The position numbers were made by a program, and so were the translations under genes. The notes under the pieces are model-generated. The model was not told the DNA's origin. It made no database searches and was given only the letters and a program-made list of their open reading frames with translations. Below, piece after piece: positions 37,545 through 48,380 of a stretch of DNA of 64,000 nt (position 1 is the first letter of the stretch; the number at the start of each line of letters is the position of its first letter). Origin of the DNA: a virus; IMG/VR virus record IMGVR_UViG_3300040801_000524, positions 1-64,000 of that record. One strand, 5' to 3'.

Positions 37545-39193
37545 TGAGAGACAAACTGTCCGCAATTCTGAGGTACAACCTACCCGAGTTCGTCCGTGAG
37601 GATCACGAACTGTTCATTGCGTTCGTCCAAGCGTATTACGAATGGATGGAAGAGTCTGGTAATGCCTTGTACTTCCTTCAGGGGTTTGAGAAAAACCTTG
37701 ATGTCGATCTGGCTGAACCTGAGTTCATCGATCAGTTCATCAAGGAACTGGCTGTCACCTTCCCGAAAAACATTCTGATCAGCCGTGATGAACTGCTGAA
37801 GATCATCCGTGAGTTCTACATCTCCAAGGGGTCGGAACAGTCCTTCCGATTCCTGTTCACCATCCTGTATGATGCTGAAATCGAGATTCAAGAACCCCGT
37901 GAGTTTATCCACAAGTCTTCAACCGGTCAATACCAGTCGAATGACTATGCGTACATCACCGCTGACAACGAATTCAAGATCGCACAAATCCTTCGAGAGT
38001 CCCCCGAGAACATCTCGGCTTCAATCGAGGGTGTAACATCCGGTGCCAAGGCTATCATTGACTTGTTCACAACCACTTTCTTCGATCAACAGAAGATTTT
38101 CAAGATGGACATTTCTTCATATCAGGGGTTCTTCACCCCGGGTGAGGATGTCCTTCTGACTGTCAATGAGTTTCTTGTTCAAGAGAAAATCTATGGCATC
38201 ATCAATGATATTCAAGTCACCGATGGTGGTACCAACTACAAGCTGACCGATTCTGTGACTATCACGGATGCTACCGGCAAGCGTGCCAAAGCCAAGATCA
38301 AGCGTCTGGACTCTGGGGGCTTCGACAGTGTGACCATTCTTGCCCCGGGCACTGGGTATGCTGTTGGTGAGTATATCGGTGCTGTTCCCCTTCTGGACTC
38401 CCAGGGATACGGTTTCTTGGCACAGATCAAGGAAGTGGATACCGGTGGCGAGATTCTTGCCGTGCAAGTTTTGAATCAAGGTTACGATTACACCAAGTTG
38501 GCCCCGGGCTTCGTAAAGAACTCCGCTGGTACCGGTGCGCAATTGGAACTGAATGGTGATCGAATTGGTAAGATCATCGAGATGGAAGTCTTCGATTCTG
38601 GTATCAATTATGAGAACGTTGGTACCATAAACGTTACCATCAACTCCACCGATGGAGTAGGGGCCGTTCTGACTCCAATTCTTCGTGGTGTGTTCAACGA
38701 ACCGAAGGTGTACATCAACCAAGACGACTTCCCATCCAACTATGACCGGATTTTGGATTCCTACCTATATCAAGACTTTTCGTATGTGATTCAGTCCAAG
38801 GTGGCCCCACAAGAGTGGTTGGGGACCGTCAAGCGTATTGCCCACCCGGCCGGTATGCAATTGTTCGGTTCACTGTTGCTGGAAAATGTGTTTGACATCC
38901 ACATCACCCTTCCGGACAACGTGGCTGCAAGTATTTCGTACACCATCAAACTGTTGAATCAGGTTGATGTTCCGAATCACCCGATTTATGAGTCACGACA
39001 GATCACACTGATTCGTGAAAATGACGACTCATGTGGTATGGGCCTGACCCTTTGGGATTTGGACGTTATGAAGTTCTATCCGAGCTTCCCATACCCCATC
39101 GAACCGTTCAAAGATTACACCATCGATGATGTGGTTAGCCGTTGCCAACCACCGATGAAATACATGGAGAGTTCAACGATTACAATCATTTGA
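37544..39193 (+). CDS. 7: baseplate wedge protein gp7-like
   Basis: LPEFV.EDH..F..F..AYYEW.E...FY.SKG...S..FLF..LY...DS.LYQDFSYVI.S...W...VK...HPAG...FG. Confidence 0.85.
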   Translation: MRDKLSAILRYNLPEFVREDHELFIAFVQAYYEWMEESGNALYFLQGFEKNLDVDLAEPEFIDQFIKELAVTFPKNILISRDELLKIIREFYISKGSEQSFRFLFTILYDAEIEIQEPREFIHKSSTGQYQSNDYAYITADNEFKIAQILRESPENISASIEGVTSGAKAIIDLFTTTFFDQQKIFKMDISSYQGFFTPGEDVLLTVNEFLVQEKIYGIINDIQVTDGGTNYKLTDSVTITDATGKRAKAKIKRLDSGGFDSVTILAPGTGYAVGEYIGAVPLLDSQGYGFLAQIKEVDTGGEILAVQVLNQGYDYTKLAPGFVKNSAGTGAQLELNGDRIGKIIEMEVFDSGINYENVGTINVTINSTDGVGAVLTPILRGVFNEPKVYINQDDFPSNYDRILDSYLYQDFSYVIQSKVAPQEWLGTVKRIAHPAGMQLFGSLLLENVFDIHITLPDNVAASISYTIKLLNQVDVPNHPIYESRQITLIRENDDSCGMGLTLWDLDVMKFYPSFPYPIEPFKDYTIDDVVSRCQPPMKYMESSTITII

Positions 39194-39245
39194 ACCCCCT
39201 GATAAATACCCTAATAGAGACCTTACCAAAAACAGGATTTGACAA

Positions 39246-40565
39246 ATGCCAGCAATCATTAAAAACGACATCCGAGTGTTTGGGGCAAACCAGTTCATCA
39301 ACTCATTCGCCAAGTCAAACTACGATGTTTGGCAAACCGGTACCGCATACACTGCCGGTGACGTTGCTGTCAATGGTTCCTACAAATACATCGCAACCAC
39401 TGCCGGAACTTCCGGTGCCATCGCACCCACCCACACGTCTGGGTCCGCATCTGACGGTGGTGTGACATGGCTGTTCGTGGAAGTTTCCATCAACACCAGC
39501 TTCTTCGAGAACAACCTGTATGTCGGCATCGGCAAGGTTGATCCGTGGGCCGGTGAACCGACCCCAGATAGCCCTCTGGACGATGACGCAACCAAGTACA
39601 ACGACTTGGCACATCTTCTGGCTGCCAAGCGACTGGAAGCCAACTCCGTTTCCTACGCAATCGACCGAATCGATTGGGTTTCTGGCATGGATATTGACCA
39701 GTACGATCCGACTGTCGAGTCTTTCGCATACGCCAACCCGTTCTACGTCTACACAGATGAAAACCACATCTACAAATGTCTGGACAATGCCGGTGGTACC
39801 GCTTCCACATCCAAGCCGACTGGACAGGCTGTTGATCCATTCATCACCGCTGACGGCCTGACATGGCAGTACATGGGTACCGTTTCGGCATCTGATGCCA
39901 TCCAATTCCTGACATCTACCCACGTGCCTGTGGAGAAGAAGCTGTCTGACGATGGTTCCCCGCAATGGAACGTTCAGCAAAACGCACGTGCGGGTTCCGT
40001 GTCAACCGTCAATGTGACTGCGGGTGGTTCCGGATACACAACCGCTACCGTGACATTCGATGCGCCACCGGCCGGTGGTACCCTTGCTCAAGGTACCGCT
40101 GTCGTTCAAGGTGGTGTGGTAACCGCTGTTCAGGTAACCGTCAAAGGTGAAGGATACGAAACCACCCCGAACGTGACAATCGGTGGTGATGGTGCCGGTG
40201 CTACCGCTGAAGCCGTTTTGGCCCCGAAAGACGGCCATGGTGCCAACATCCTGACCGAACTGAATGCCCGCTACGTGGTGTTCAACGCCCGTTTCGATGA
40301 CACAGAAGGTGGCTATTTCCCGATCACTGGTGAGAATGATTTCCGTCAAATCAGCCTGATCGTGGACCCCCGTGATGTCAACGGAAATCTGGCTACGGCC
40401 CCCCGTTACATCGGCCCCGACCATGATGACTGGGATGGTTCAGAGACATCCGGCAAGTCCGAACTGATGAAAGGGTCTGGCTACACCCTGTACATCGAGA
40501 ACATTGCACCGGTTGTGCGTACATCCGGTCAGATCGAAGACGTGAAAGTCGTCTTGAAGTTCTAA
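39246..40565 (+). CDS. 8: baseplate wedge protein gp8
   Basis: MPAII..D.R...LYVGIG...W...YKCLDN......S.PTG....TADG..W.YM...FRQ..LI.DP...Y.EN..P..R..Q.EDVK..L.F; GATAAATA late promoter at 39201. Confidence 0.9.
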   Translation: MPAIIKNDIRVFGANQFINSFAKSNYDVWQTGTAYTAGDVAVNGSYKYIATTAGTSGAIAPTHTSGSASDGGVTWLFVEVSINTSFFENNLYVGIGKVDPWAGEPTPDSPLDDDATKYNDLAHLLAAKRLEANSVSYAIDRIDWVSGMDIDQYDPTVESFAYANPFYVYTDENHIYKCLDNAGGTASTSKPTGQAVDPFITADGLTWQYMGTVSASDAIQFLTSTHVPVEKKLSDDGSPQWNVQQNARAGSVSTVNVTAGGSGYTTATVTFDAPPAGGTLAQGTAVVQGGVVTAVQVTVKGEGYETTPNVTIGGDGAGATAEAVLAPKDGHGANILTELNARYVVFNARFDDTEGGYFPITGENDFRQISLIVDPRDVNGNLATAPRYIGPDHDDWDGSETSGKSELMKGSGYTLYIENIAPVVRTSGQIEDVKVVLKF

Positions 40566-40576
40566 GGAGAACCCCG

Positions 40577-40855
40577 ATGAAATCGTTCAAAGAATTTGCG
40601 GCCCTTAACGAAGGCATGTCGGTTGGTGACTGGATTTACCAACGGGGAAGTGACTTCGAATCATGGGGAATTCTTCTGGAACCCCAAAAGAACGGTGGAT
40701 TCAAGGCCGCTGTTTTTACATCAACCGGTGGTAGCCTTGCTGGACAAGCAAAAATGAAGTCCACCAAAGGGTGGTATCCGGCCCCGAAGGTTATCAAAGT
40801 GGACGAAGTTCCTGATAAAGTTCTGAAAAAGATCAAAGACAAGGCTGGAATGTAA
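40577..40855 (+). CDS. small protein, probable internal head protein
   Basis: AAGGAG SD; MKSFKEF...E N-terminus. Confidence 0.65.
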   Translation: MKSFKEFAALNEGMSVGDWIYQRGSDFESWGILLEPQKNGGFKAAVFTSTGGSLAGQAKMKSTKGWYPAPKVIKVDEVPDKVLKKIKDKAGM

Positions 40856-40898
40856 GCCATAAATACCGGAATAGACCTACACCCAAAAAGAGATACTA

Positions 40899-43800
40899 AT
40901 GGCAAAACTGACATTCAACCGTGAACCGTATTTCGATGATTTCGATCAGGAAAAGAACTTCTATCAAATCCTGTTCCGTCCATCACGTGCGATTCAGACC
41001 CGTGAACTGAACCAACTGCAAACCATCCTTGGTCACCAGATCGAAGGTATTGGGGATCATCTGTGGAAATTCGGTTCTATGGTCCGCACCGGTTCCGTCC
41101 GCTTCATGAACCAAGTTCGCTATGTTCGTCTGAAGGACCTGACCCCTTCGGCCGCTGCCATCGATGTATCTCTGTTTGACGGCCGTCAAGTTCGAGGCAA
41201 GACTTCTGGTCTTCTGGCCAACGTTCTGAAGACATCCCCGAAGGATGACTTCGATCCGGCTACCATCTTCGTGGAGTACACCAACACCGCTATCGATGGG
41301 GTAACCCGTGCGTTTGTCAATGGTGAAACACTGGAAGTTCTGGATTCCCAAGGCTACCCGATCTACGAAGCTGTGGTTCGCTGCCCCGACTGTACCGTCA
41401 ACCCTGATTCCGACCTGATCAGTCCGACCGGTTTTGGTTCTCTGTTCGGTGCGGCTGACGCATCGTACTATGTCCATGGCCGCATCATTCCGGTCACTCA
41501 ACAGACCATCGTTCTGGACAAGTACGGTACCACCCCGTCTTACAAGATCGGATTCGACATCGTTCAGACCATCGTAACCGCTGACCAAGACATCTCCCTT
41601 CTGGACAATGCTTTGGGTTCCCCGAACTTCACTGCCCCGGGTGCCGACCGCTACCGCATCAATCTGGTTCTGTCCAAGAAGCCGCTTGACGATGACGATG
41701 ACGAAAACTTCGTTCTACTGGCACGTGTTGACCAAGGTTACCTTCAAGAAGTAGCCGACAAGCCTCAGTATGGCGAAATCATGAACATGCTTGCCAGACG
41801 TACCTATGACGAATCTGGTGACTACACAGTTCGCCCGTTCACCCTGAACTTCCGTGAACACTTGAAAGAAGGTTCCAACGATGGTTGGAAGACCGCTGCC
41901 GAAGGTGGTGATTCTTCCAAATTCATCACCGTGGTTTCCCCGGGCAAGGCATACGTGCGTGGCCGTGAAATCGAGGTCATCTCCGACCGTGTGGTTGAAA
42001 TCGACAAAGCCCGTGACACCGACAAGAAGCGTTCTTCTGTCGTGCGTGCGTACATGGGCAACTACATCATCATCACCATGGACCCGGTTACCAACCTGAC
42101 CCCCGTTACCAGCGTTCAGAATGGAACAGATTTTGCTGTGGATTTCGGCAAGGTCAACCTGTATGACAACACCACATCCGGTGGCAACTACTCAGGTAAC
42201 CAAGTCGGTACAGCACGTGTGAAAGGTATCGAACTTCACTCCGGAACCGCTGGTGACCCGGCTGCCGAATGGAAACTGTACATCTTTGAAATGGTTTTCG
42301 CAACCGGCAAAAACCTTCAGGATGTCGTGGGCCTTCACCGTACCGGTGGTGGTTCTCAAACCTTCGGTGCCAACATCGTTCAAGATGGTGGTGTGAACAA
42401 GATTTACGAACCGATCAACAACAAGCTGTTGTTCACCATCCCGTACCAGTTCAACAAGTCCATTCGTGACGCTGACAACCCGCTTGTGTCCAACACTTCT
42501 GTGACCGTGGTCAAGAAGCTGGTCGGTGCCGTCAACGCACAGAACAAGGTCATCTTCTCCGCTGAAGGTGATGAAACCTTCCTGAACTTCGACTCCCTGA
42601 AATGGATCGGTGGTCTTCAACAAACTGCCGGTGGCAACTTCTTGCCGTATGACCTGACCGTGACTGACCGCATGGTGGTGACACCATCCCAGATCACCGT
42701 TCAGAACTTTGCCGGTGGTGATGTCGGTAAGAACTTCGTTCTGATCTGCGAAGTCCTGAAGTCCAATGCCAAAGAGAAGACCAAGGTTCTGGATACCGTG
42801 TTCCTATCCGCTATCCCGGCTGACGTTGCATCCATCTCTCTTCAATACCCTGACATCTTCCGGGTGGTTTCTGTCTATGACACAACCAACAGTGTTGACG
42901 TGACAGACAACTACGTTCTGGACAACGGTGTCCGTGACAACTACTACGGTATCGGTAAACTGACCCTGAAGTCTGGTGTGGCTACCCCAGACCCGGGCAC
43001 TCTGGTTGACATCGAATTCGAATACTTCCAGCACACCGGTACCGGGTACTACTTCTCCGTGGATTCGTACACAACCATCGTGAACGATCCGGGTCTGGAT
43101 TTCGACTACGAAGACATTCCGGTTTACACCGCACTTGACGGAACCAAGTTCCGCATGACAGACACCATCGACTTCCGTCCGACTATCGGTACCGATGGCA
43201 CATTCTCACATGCGTCCGCTGTTCTGTCAAACACCCCTGTGGATGAATCCAACATCATCTTCGATGTGGAATACTACCTTCCACGAATCGATCTTCTGTG
43301 CCTGACAGATCAGGGTGATTTCATCGCTGTCAAGGGTGATCCGGACCTGAACCCGTCTGTTCCGCATGCGGCCGAATCCAGCATGGCCATTTACCAGATT
43401 CCGATCAACGCATACACCTTCGATGTTCAATCGGATGTGGCCATGCGCTATCTGGACAACAAGCGTTACACCATGCGTGACATCGGCCGTCTGGAAAAGC
43501 GTATCGAGAACCTTGAATACTACGTGACCTTCAACCTGTTGGAGAAGGCAACTGCCGACACTGACGTTCTTGATGGTCTGGGCAACACCCGATTCAAGAA
43601 CGGTTTCCTTGTGGACAACTTCAAGGACTTCATCGCATCTGACACCACTTCCCCGGAATACTCCGTGGCACTGGACACCGATGATGGTATCCTGAGACCG
43701 TCATTCCTTCAGAAATCGATTCGAATGGAACTGGATACCGGTTCTTCCAGCAACTACCATCTGAACGGTAAGGTTATCACCATGCCGTACACCGATGAAG

Positions 43801-46544
43801 AGTGGTTGAAGCAACCTTTCGCTACCAAGTCCATCTCCGTCAACCCGTACCTGATCTGGAACGTCAAGGGTATCATGGCCCTGTCCCCGTCTACCGACAT
43901 GTGGAAGGACGTGAACCAGCAACCGGCCGTGGTGACCAACATCGATACCGGATTCGAGGCTATTCGCCAAATTGCGAACGCTGCCGGTGTTCTGGGTACC
44001 ACTTGGGGTAACTGGCGTACAACCAACACCAGCCGCAACACCCAAGTGAATACAACTGCGAACTGGTTGGGTACCACTACCACAACAACCACTACCACAA
44101 CCAGTGATCAGACCCGTACCGGTGTCAACCGTTCTCTGGAACGTGAGGTAACCCGTAGAAGTCTGGGTACCTTCGTGACCAGCGTGAACCTGATCCCGTA
44201 CATCCGTTCGATCCCGGTTCAATTTGCTGCAACCGGTCTACGTCCACGTACCAAGGTTTACGCATTCTTCGATGGTGTGGATGTGAATGAAGATACCCGT
44301 CCAATGAACGGTTCCAACGGCCAACCGCTGGTGACTGATGCCAACGGTAACATCGTTGGTGTGTTCACCATTCCAAACCGTCCGGACAAGCGTTTCTTCA
44401 CCGGTACCCGTGAGTTCATTCTGACCACTTCTCCGACAAACGCTGATGATGTGGATGAAGTGTTCACCTTCGCACGTGCGCAGTACCATGCGGGTGGCCT
44501 ACGTGAGACCCGTAGAGAATCGGTCATCTCCGTGACAACCCCACGTCTGACCAGCAACGAAGTCGAACAGAATCGTACTCTGACAACTCAGTCCGTCCGT
44601 ACCAACCGAATTCTTAACGACTTTGGTGGTGGTGGTGACGGTGGTGACCCGCTGGCACAATCCTTTGTGGTCGAAGACGAAACCGGTGTATTCCTGACCG
44701 GTATCGATCTGTACTTTGCTGCCAAGGACGAAAAGGTACCAGTATGGTTCCAGATTCGCAACATGATCAACGGTTACCCGGGCACCACGATTGTTCCGTT
44801 CTCGGACATGACCCTGAAGCCGAACAAGATCAACGTATCTGAAGACGGTTCCATTGCCACACGTTTGACCTTCGAGGCACCGGTTTACCTGAACCCGGAC
44901 GAAGAGTATTGCTTCGTGGTTGGTTCCGATGTGAACACCCACCGTCTGTTCGCATGCAAACTGGGTTCCCAAACACTTGGGGCTAACCCGGTTACCGTGT
45001 CCAAGCAACCGACTCTGGGTTCCATGTTCAAGTCTCAGAACAACCGTACATGGACCGCTGAACAGTTCGAAGACATCAAGTTCACCCTGTACCGTGCCGA
45101 GTTCAACACCGGTTCGAACATGAACCTGACCTTCAACAACATCGATTACGGCCTGAAGACCGAACTACCGACCAACCCGTTCGAGACTGAAAACCTGTCC
45201 CGTGACGTGCGTGTGTACATGAAGAACCACGGTCTTGTTGCCAACGACAAGGTGAAACTGGAACTTCTTCAGGACACTTGGTACGAACTGTACCTACAGT
45301 CCGGCAACCTTGTTGTGGGTCAGAAGTTGACCGGTGGTACCAACGGTGGTACAGCCATCATCAAAGAACTGGAACACCCGGGCCTTGACGGACTTGGAAA
45401 CAACGTTTACCGTGTGAAGCTGTCTGAACTGAAAGGCATCTTTGCCGATGGTGAACAGTTCTCCGGTGCGCTGATCTACGAATCATACGACAACAGCCGT
45501 GTACTGGAAGCCCTTGACATCGTTCCTGTGGTCCCGGTTCACAACGTGGCTATCGGTACCTTCCCGACCGGTGTGGACAACACCTTCAACGGTATTCCGC
45601 TGGATGACCTGTCAACCCCGGAACATCTGGTACAACACGTTGACTCCATGGATTCGTTCATCATCCAAGTGGACACCCAAGCAACCGCTTCCGGCCGTGT
45701 CGGTGGTTCTGGAACATGGGCAGTCGGAAACGTTCAAATGGACGCATTCGATTTCCAAGTTTCGTACATCGATTTCAAGGGTGACTCTCAGTGGTCATTG
45801 ACCGGTGTGACACACGGTGGTGTGGGTTCCAATGTAACCAACTACAGTTCTGCCAACCCGGTGGCGTTTGTCCCGAACGTGGAACGTGAACTTCGCACCC
45901 CGTTGAAGATTGCCAACACCATCAACCAAGACATGAACTTGGGTGGCAACCCGTCAATCGTGATCAATGCAACCCTGACTTCTGACGACAGCCGCTTGTC
46001 TCCGGTGATCAACATCGAAGAAATGGGTCTGACATCCATCACCAACCGTGTCGAGTGGAATGACTGCGCAAACTTCTCCGTGTCACCGAACGCAACCGAA
46101 TCGGGTGACCCGGTGATCTGTGATCCAACCAATCCGGGCTACACTGGTGATCATCGCTGGTCTGAAGAAACTGCATACGATGGTGGTTCTGAGGGGGCTA
46201 AATACATCATGAAGCCCGTAAACCTTGAGTCACCAGCGACAAACATCAAGGTTTACATGGACTTGCTGAACACTCTGGACACCGAAGTGAAGATTTTCTA
46301 TCGCACACTTCCTTCCGAGTCTGATGCCGAGATTCAATCCTTCAACTGGATTGAAGCCGATTTCGACAACGAAGTGGTTTCCGAGGGTGAGGAAGACTAT
46401 CGTGAGACCGAAGCAACCATCCCGGCTGGTCCGCTTGACACTCTACCCGAGTTCAAAGCATTCCAGATCAAGCTGGTACTTCGTTCCAAGAACTCGGCAC
46501 GTCCACCGAAGGCACGTAACTTCCGAGCAATTGCGGTAACCTGA
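40899..46544 (+). CDS. large virion structural protein, DUF4815/VrlC-like
   Basis: PYFDDFD..KNFY.ILFRP..AIQ.REL.QLQ; APGADR; KRYTMRDIG.LE.RI..LEYY; DPLAQSF; CATAAATA late promoter at 40858. Confidence 0.9.
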   Translation: MAKLTFNREPYFDDFDQEKNFYQILFRPSRAIQTRELNQLQTILGHQIEGIGDHLWKFGSMVRTGSVRFMNQVRYVRLKDLTPSAAAIDVSLFDGRQVRGKTSGLLANVLKTSPKDDFDPATIFVEYTNTAIDGVTRAFVNGETLEVLDSQGYPIYEAVVRCPDCTVNPDSDLISPTGFGSLFGAADASYYVHGRIIPVTQQTIVLDKYGTTPSYKIGFDIVQTIVTADQDISLLDNALGSPNFTAPGADRYRINLVLSKKPLDDDDDENFVLLARVDQGYLQEVADKPQYGEIMNMLARRTYDESGDYTVRPFTLNFREHLKEGSNDGWKTAAEGGDSSKFITVVSPGKAYVRGREIEVISDRVVEIDKARDTDKKRSSVVRAYMGNYIIITMDPVTNLTPVTSVQNGTDFAVDFGKVNLYDNTTSGGNYSGNQVGTARVKGIELHSGTAGDPAAEWKLYIFEMVFATGKNLQDVVGLHRTGGGSQTFGANIVQDGGVNKIYEPINNKLLFTIPYQFNKSIRDADNPLVSNTSVTVVKKLVGAVNAQNKVIFSAEGDETFLNFDSLKWIGGLQQTAGGNFLPYDLTVTDRMVVTPSQITVQNFAGGDVGKNFVLICEVLKSNAKEKTKVLDTVFLSAIPADVASISLQYPDIFRVVSVYDTTNSVDVTDNYVLDNGVRDNYYGIGKLTLKSGVATPDPGTLVDIEFEYFQHTGTGYYFSVDSYTTIVNDPGLDFDYEDIPVYTALDGTKFRMTDTIDFRPTIGTDGTFSHASAVLSNTPVDESNIIFDVEYYLPRIDLLCLTDQGDFIAVKGDPDLNPSVPHAAESSMAIYQIPINAYTFDVQSDVAMRYLDNKRYTMRDIGRLEKRIENLEYYVTFNLLEKATADTDVLDGLGNTRFKNGFLVDNFKDFIASDTTSPEYSVALDTDDGILRPSFLQKSIRMELDTGSSSNYHLNGKVITMPYTDEEWLKQPFATKSISVNPYLIWNVKGIMALSPSTDMWKDVNQQPAVVTNIDTGFEAIRQIANAAGVLGTTWGNWRTTNTSRNTQVNTTANWLGTTTTTTTTTTSDQTRTGVNRSLEREVTRRSLGTFVTSVNLIPYIRSIPVQFAATGLRPRTKVYAFFDGVDVNEDTRPMNGSNGQPLVTDANGNIVGVFTIPNRPDKRFFTGTREFILTTSPTNADDVDEVFTFARAQYHAGGLRETRRESVISVTTPRLTSNEVEQNRTLTTQSVRTNRILNDFGGGGDGGDPLAQSFVVEDETGVFLTGIDLYFAAKDEKVPVWFQIRNMINGYPGTTIVPFSDMTLKPNKINVSEDGSIATRLTFEAPVYLNPDEEYCFVVGSDVNTHRLFACKLGSQTLGANPVTVSKQPTLGSMFKSQNNRTWTAEQFEDIKFTLYRAEFNTGSNMNLTFNNIDYGLKTELPTNPFETENLSRDVRVYMKNHGLVANDKVKLELLQDTWYELYLQSGNLVVGQKLTGGTNGGTAIIKELEHPGLDGLGNNVYRVKLSELKGIFADGEQFSGALIYESYDNSRVLEALDIVPVVPVHNVAIGTFPTGVDNTFNGIPLDDLSTPEHLVQHVDSMDSFIIQVDTQATASGRVGGSGTWAVGNVQMDAFDFQVSYIDFKGDSQWSLTGVTHGGVGSNVTNYSSANPVAFVPNVERELRTPLKIANTINQDMNLGGNPSIVINATLTSDDSRLSPVINIEEMGLTSITNRVEWNDCANFSVSPNATESGDPVICDPTNPGYTGDHRWSEETAYDGGSEGAKYIMKPVNLESPATNIKVYMDLLNTLDTEVKIFYRTLPSESDAEIQSFNWIEADFDNEVVSEGEEDYRETEATIPAGPLDTLPEFKAFQIKLVLRSKNSARPPKARNFRAIAVT

Positions 46545-46750
46545 TGCGAGACAGACAGATAAGGGTAGAAGACAATCGACAGTTCACCAAGAACCCCGTT
46601 CGTGGGTCCGTGGTGAACGTTGACAATTCTGCCTTCTCTGCCCGGAAGCGACAACTGGCCGTACAGAAAACACAACAGCAACGTCTTGACCAAGTGGAAC
46701 AAGATGTTGCCGAGATAAAAGACATGCTGAAACAGCTTTTGGAACGATAA
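46544..46750 (+). CDS. small coiled-coil virion-associated protein
   Basis: TGATG coupling; LDQVEQDVAEIKDMLKQLL. Confidence 0.7.
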   Translation: MRDRQIRVEDNRQFTKNPVRGSVVNVDNSAFSARKRQLAVQKTQQQRLDQVEQDVAEIKDMLKQLLER

Positions 46751-48022
46751 ATGGCAATCACACAAGTTACACTACAGACCCGATTCGAAGAGTGGAAGGA
46801 CATCACCAACGACATCATCAACGAACTTGGTGATACCGCTGGTCTGACCACCACAATCAAAACTTCTCTTGTGGCCGCAATCAATGAACTTGACGGCCTG
46901 ATCGGGAACCTTTCTGCCTTGTCAACAACGGCACAAGGGTCCCTTGTTGCTGCCATCAACGAAGCCATTGCCGAGCTTGGGGATGTCACCAACCTGAACA
47001 CCACTGCTACCGATGCCGTGGCTGCCATCAACGAACTTCTGACACAAATCGGAACGATTGGTGATCTGTCAACCACCAACACCACAAATCTGGTTCTGGC
47101 CATCAACTCGGTGAAATCAGAACTGGATGCTCAAGGGATTGCCGATGCGGCTGCCATTCTTGCCGTGGCTGATGATCTTGGGGACATCTCCGGTCTGAAC
47201 ACAGATGACACAACCGATGCCGTGGCTGCCATCAACGAACTTGAAGGTGAAATCGGTGACCTGTCAACTCTGAACACCACTGCGCAGACTTCCCTTGTCG
47301 CTGCCATCAATGAGGTTGAAGCCGAATCTGTAACCGGTGACAAGGTTCAGTACACAAATGGTGAACCAAATGGTGGCCGATACGCTACCGATGCGCTTTC
47401 CAGCATCACGGCTGCAACATTCGCATCAACTGGCACGTTTATTGAATACAACTCTGCCACCTTCTCCGAGGGACAGAAGTTCATCAACAACAACGACAAC
47501 TATGGTGGATCGGCCGGTTCTCTTGGAACAGACATCTCTACTCTGGTGGCCGCACTGGGTACCAAAGGTGGTCGCACGAACCAACGATATGGATTTGAGT
47601 TCTACATCAACGACATCACCATGGGTGCCAACACTCAGGATGCCGAAACCTACCTGACAATCGATTACCACCCGTTCATGGTGACCAACAACAAGATGTT
47701 GGCCCCGATTGGGGGTGTGTTCACGTTCATGGCATGGGTCAAGCTAAAGACGCTTGCGACCCCGGCCAACAACGGTATCCTTCTTGGGGACGCTGCCGGA
47801 AAAGTGACTACATACAGAGATGGAGTACAGGCCGCACAGCAATCCCTGTTGACAACCGCAAATGGTTGGGTGCACATCAAACAGGTTGTGACTCTGGATA
47901 CAGAGTTCTACAACTTCATCCCGGCTATTTTCGCCAACAGTGGTGATGTGATTCAAATTGCGCTGCCTGTGACTGCCAACACAAATCGTGTTTCAGGAAT
48001 GCATGTGGGGCTTGTGAACTAA
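46751..48022 (+). CDS. fibritin/whisker-like repeat fibre protein
   Basis: N-terminal FEEW...TN motif and about 7 repeats of GDL..L.TT...(S)LVAAINEL. Confidence 0.7.
   Translation: MAITQVTLQTRFEEWKDITNDIINELGDTAGLTTTIKTSLVAAINELDGLIGNLSALSTTAQGSLVAAINEAIAELGDVTNLNTTATDAVAAINELLTQIGTIGDLSTTNTTNLVLAINSVKSELDAQGIADAAAILAVADDLGDISGLNTDDTTDAVAAINELEGEIGDLSTLNTTAQTSLVAAINEVEAESVTGDKVQYTNGEPNGGRYATDALSSITAATFASTGTFIEYNSATFSEGQKFINNNDNYGGSAGSLGTDISTLVAALGTKGGRTNQRYGFEFYINDITMGANTQDAETYLTIDYHPFMVTNNKMLAPIGGVFTFMAWVKLKTLATPANNGILLGDAAGKVTTYRDGVQAAQQSLLTTANGWVHIKQVVTLDTEFYNFIPAIFANSGDVIQIALPVTANTNRVSGMHVGLVN
46820..47320 (+). repeat. tandem ~21-22 aa (63-66 bp) coding repeats
   Basis: recurring GC(C/A)ATCAA(C/T)GA core encoding AAINE. 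Confidence 0.8.
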
Positions 48023-48366
48023 TGGCAATCGCAATCAACTTTGTAATGGATCAAGGCACGCTTTTCGAAGCGTTTGCCACAATTGAGAATGAAGATGGAA
48101 GCCTGTTCGATCTGACGGGGTTGACACCGTATTGCCAGATGCGCAAGTCGTACTACACCAGTTCCGGCTACGACATCACGGCTTCCGTAGATGGTGATCC
48201 CACACTTGGGGTCGTCAAACTGTCAATGCTACCGGCTGATTCGAGTGCTGTCAAGGCTGGTCGGTACGTGTACGATGTTGAAGTCCACAATGCCGGTGGA
48301 GACTACGTGAAGAGAGTTCTTCAGGGGGTCATCACCGTTTACCCGCAAGTGACCAGAACACCGTGA
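48022..48366 (+). CDS. small structural adaptor (BppU-like Ig fold)
   Basis: DQG..F......DLTG.T...QMRK.Y...G...LS.......GRYVYDV......RV..G...V.P.VT. Confidence 0.7.
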   Translation: MAIAINFVMDQGTLFEAFATIENEDGSLFDLTGLTPYCQMRKSYYTSSGYDITASVDGDPTLGVVKLSMLPADSSAVKAGRYVYDVEVHNAGGDYVKRVLQGVITVYPQVTRTP

Positions 48367-48380
48367 CGCAGAGATGACGA

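Noticed and set aside
44020-44120. Thr-rich ACC/ACA run as a contingency repeat
   Set aside because: Mixed codons give an in-frame low-complexity linker, not a perfect tandem repeat
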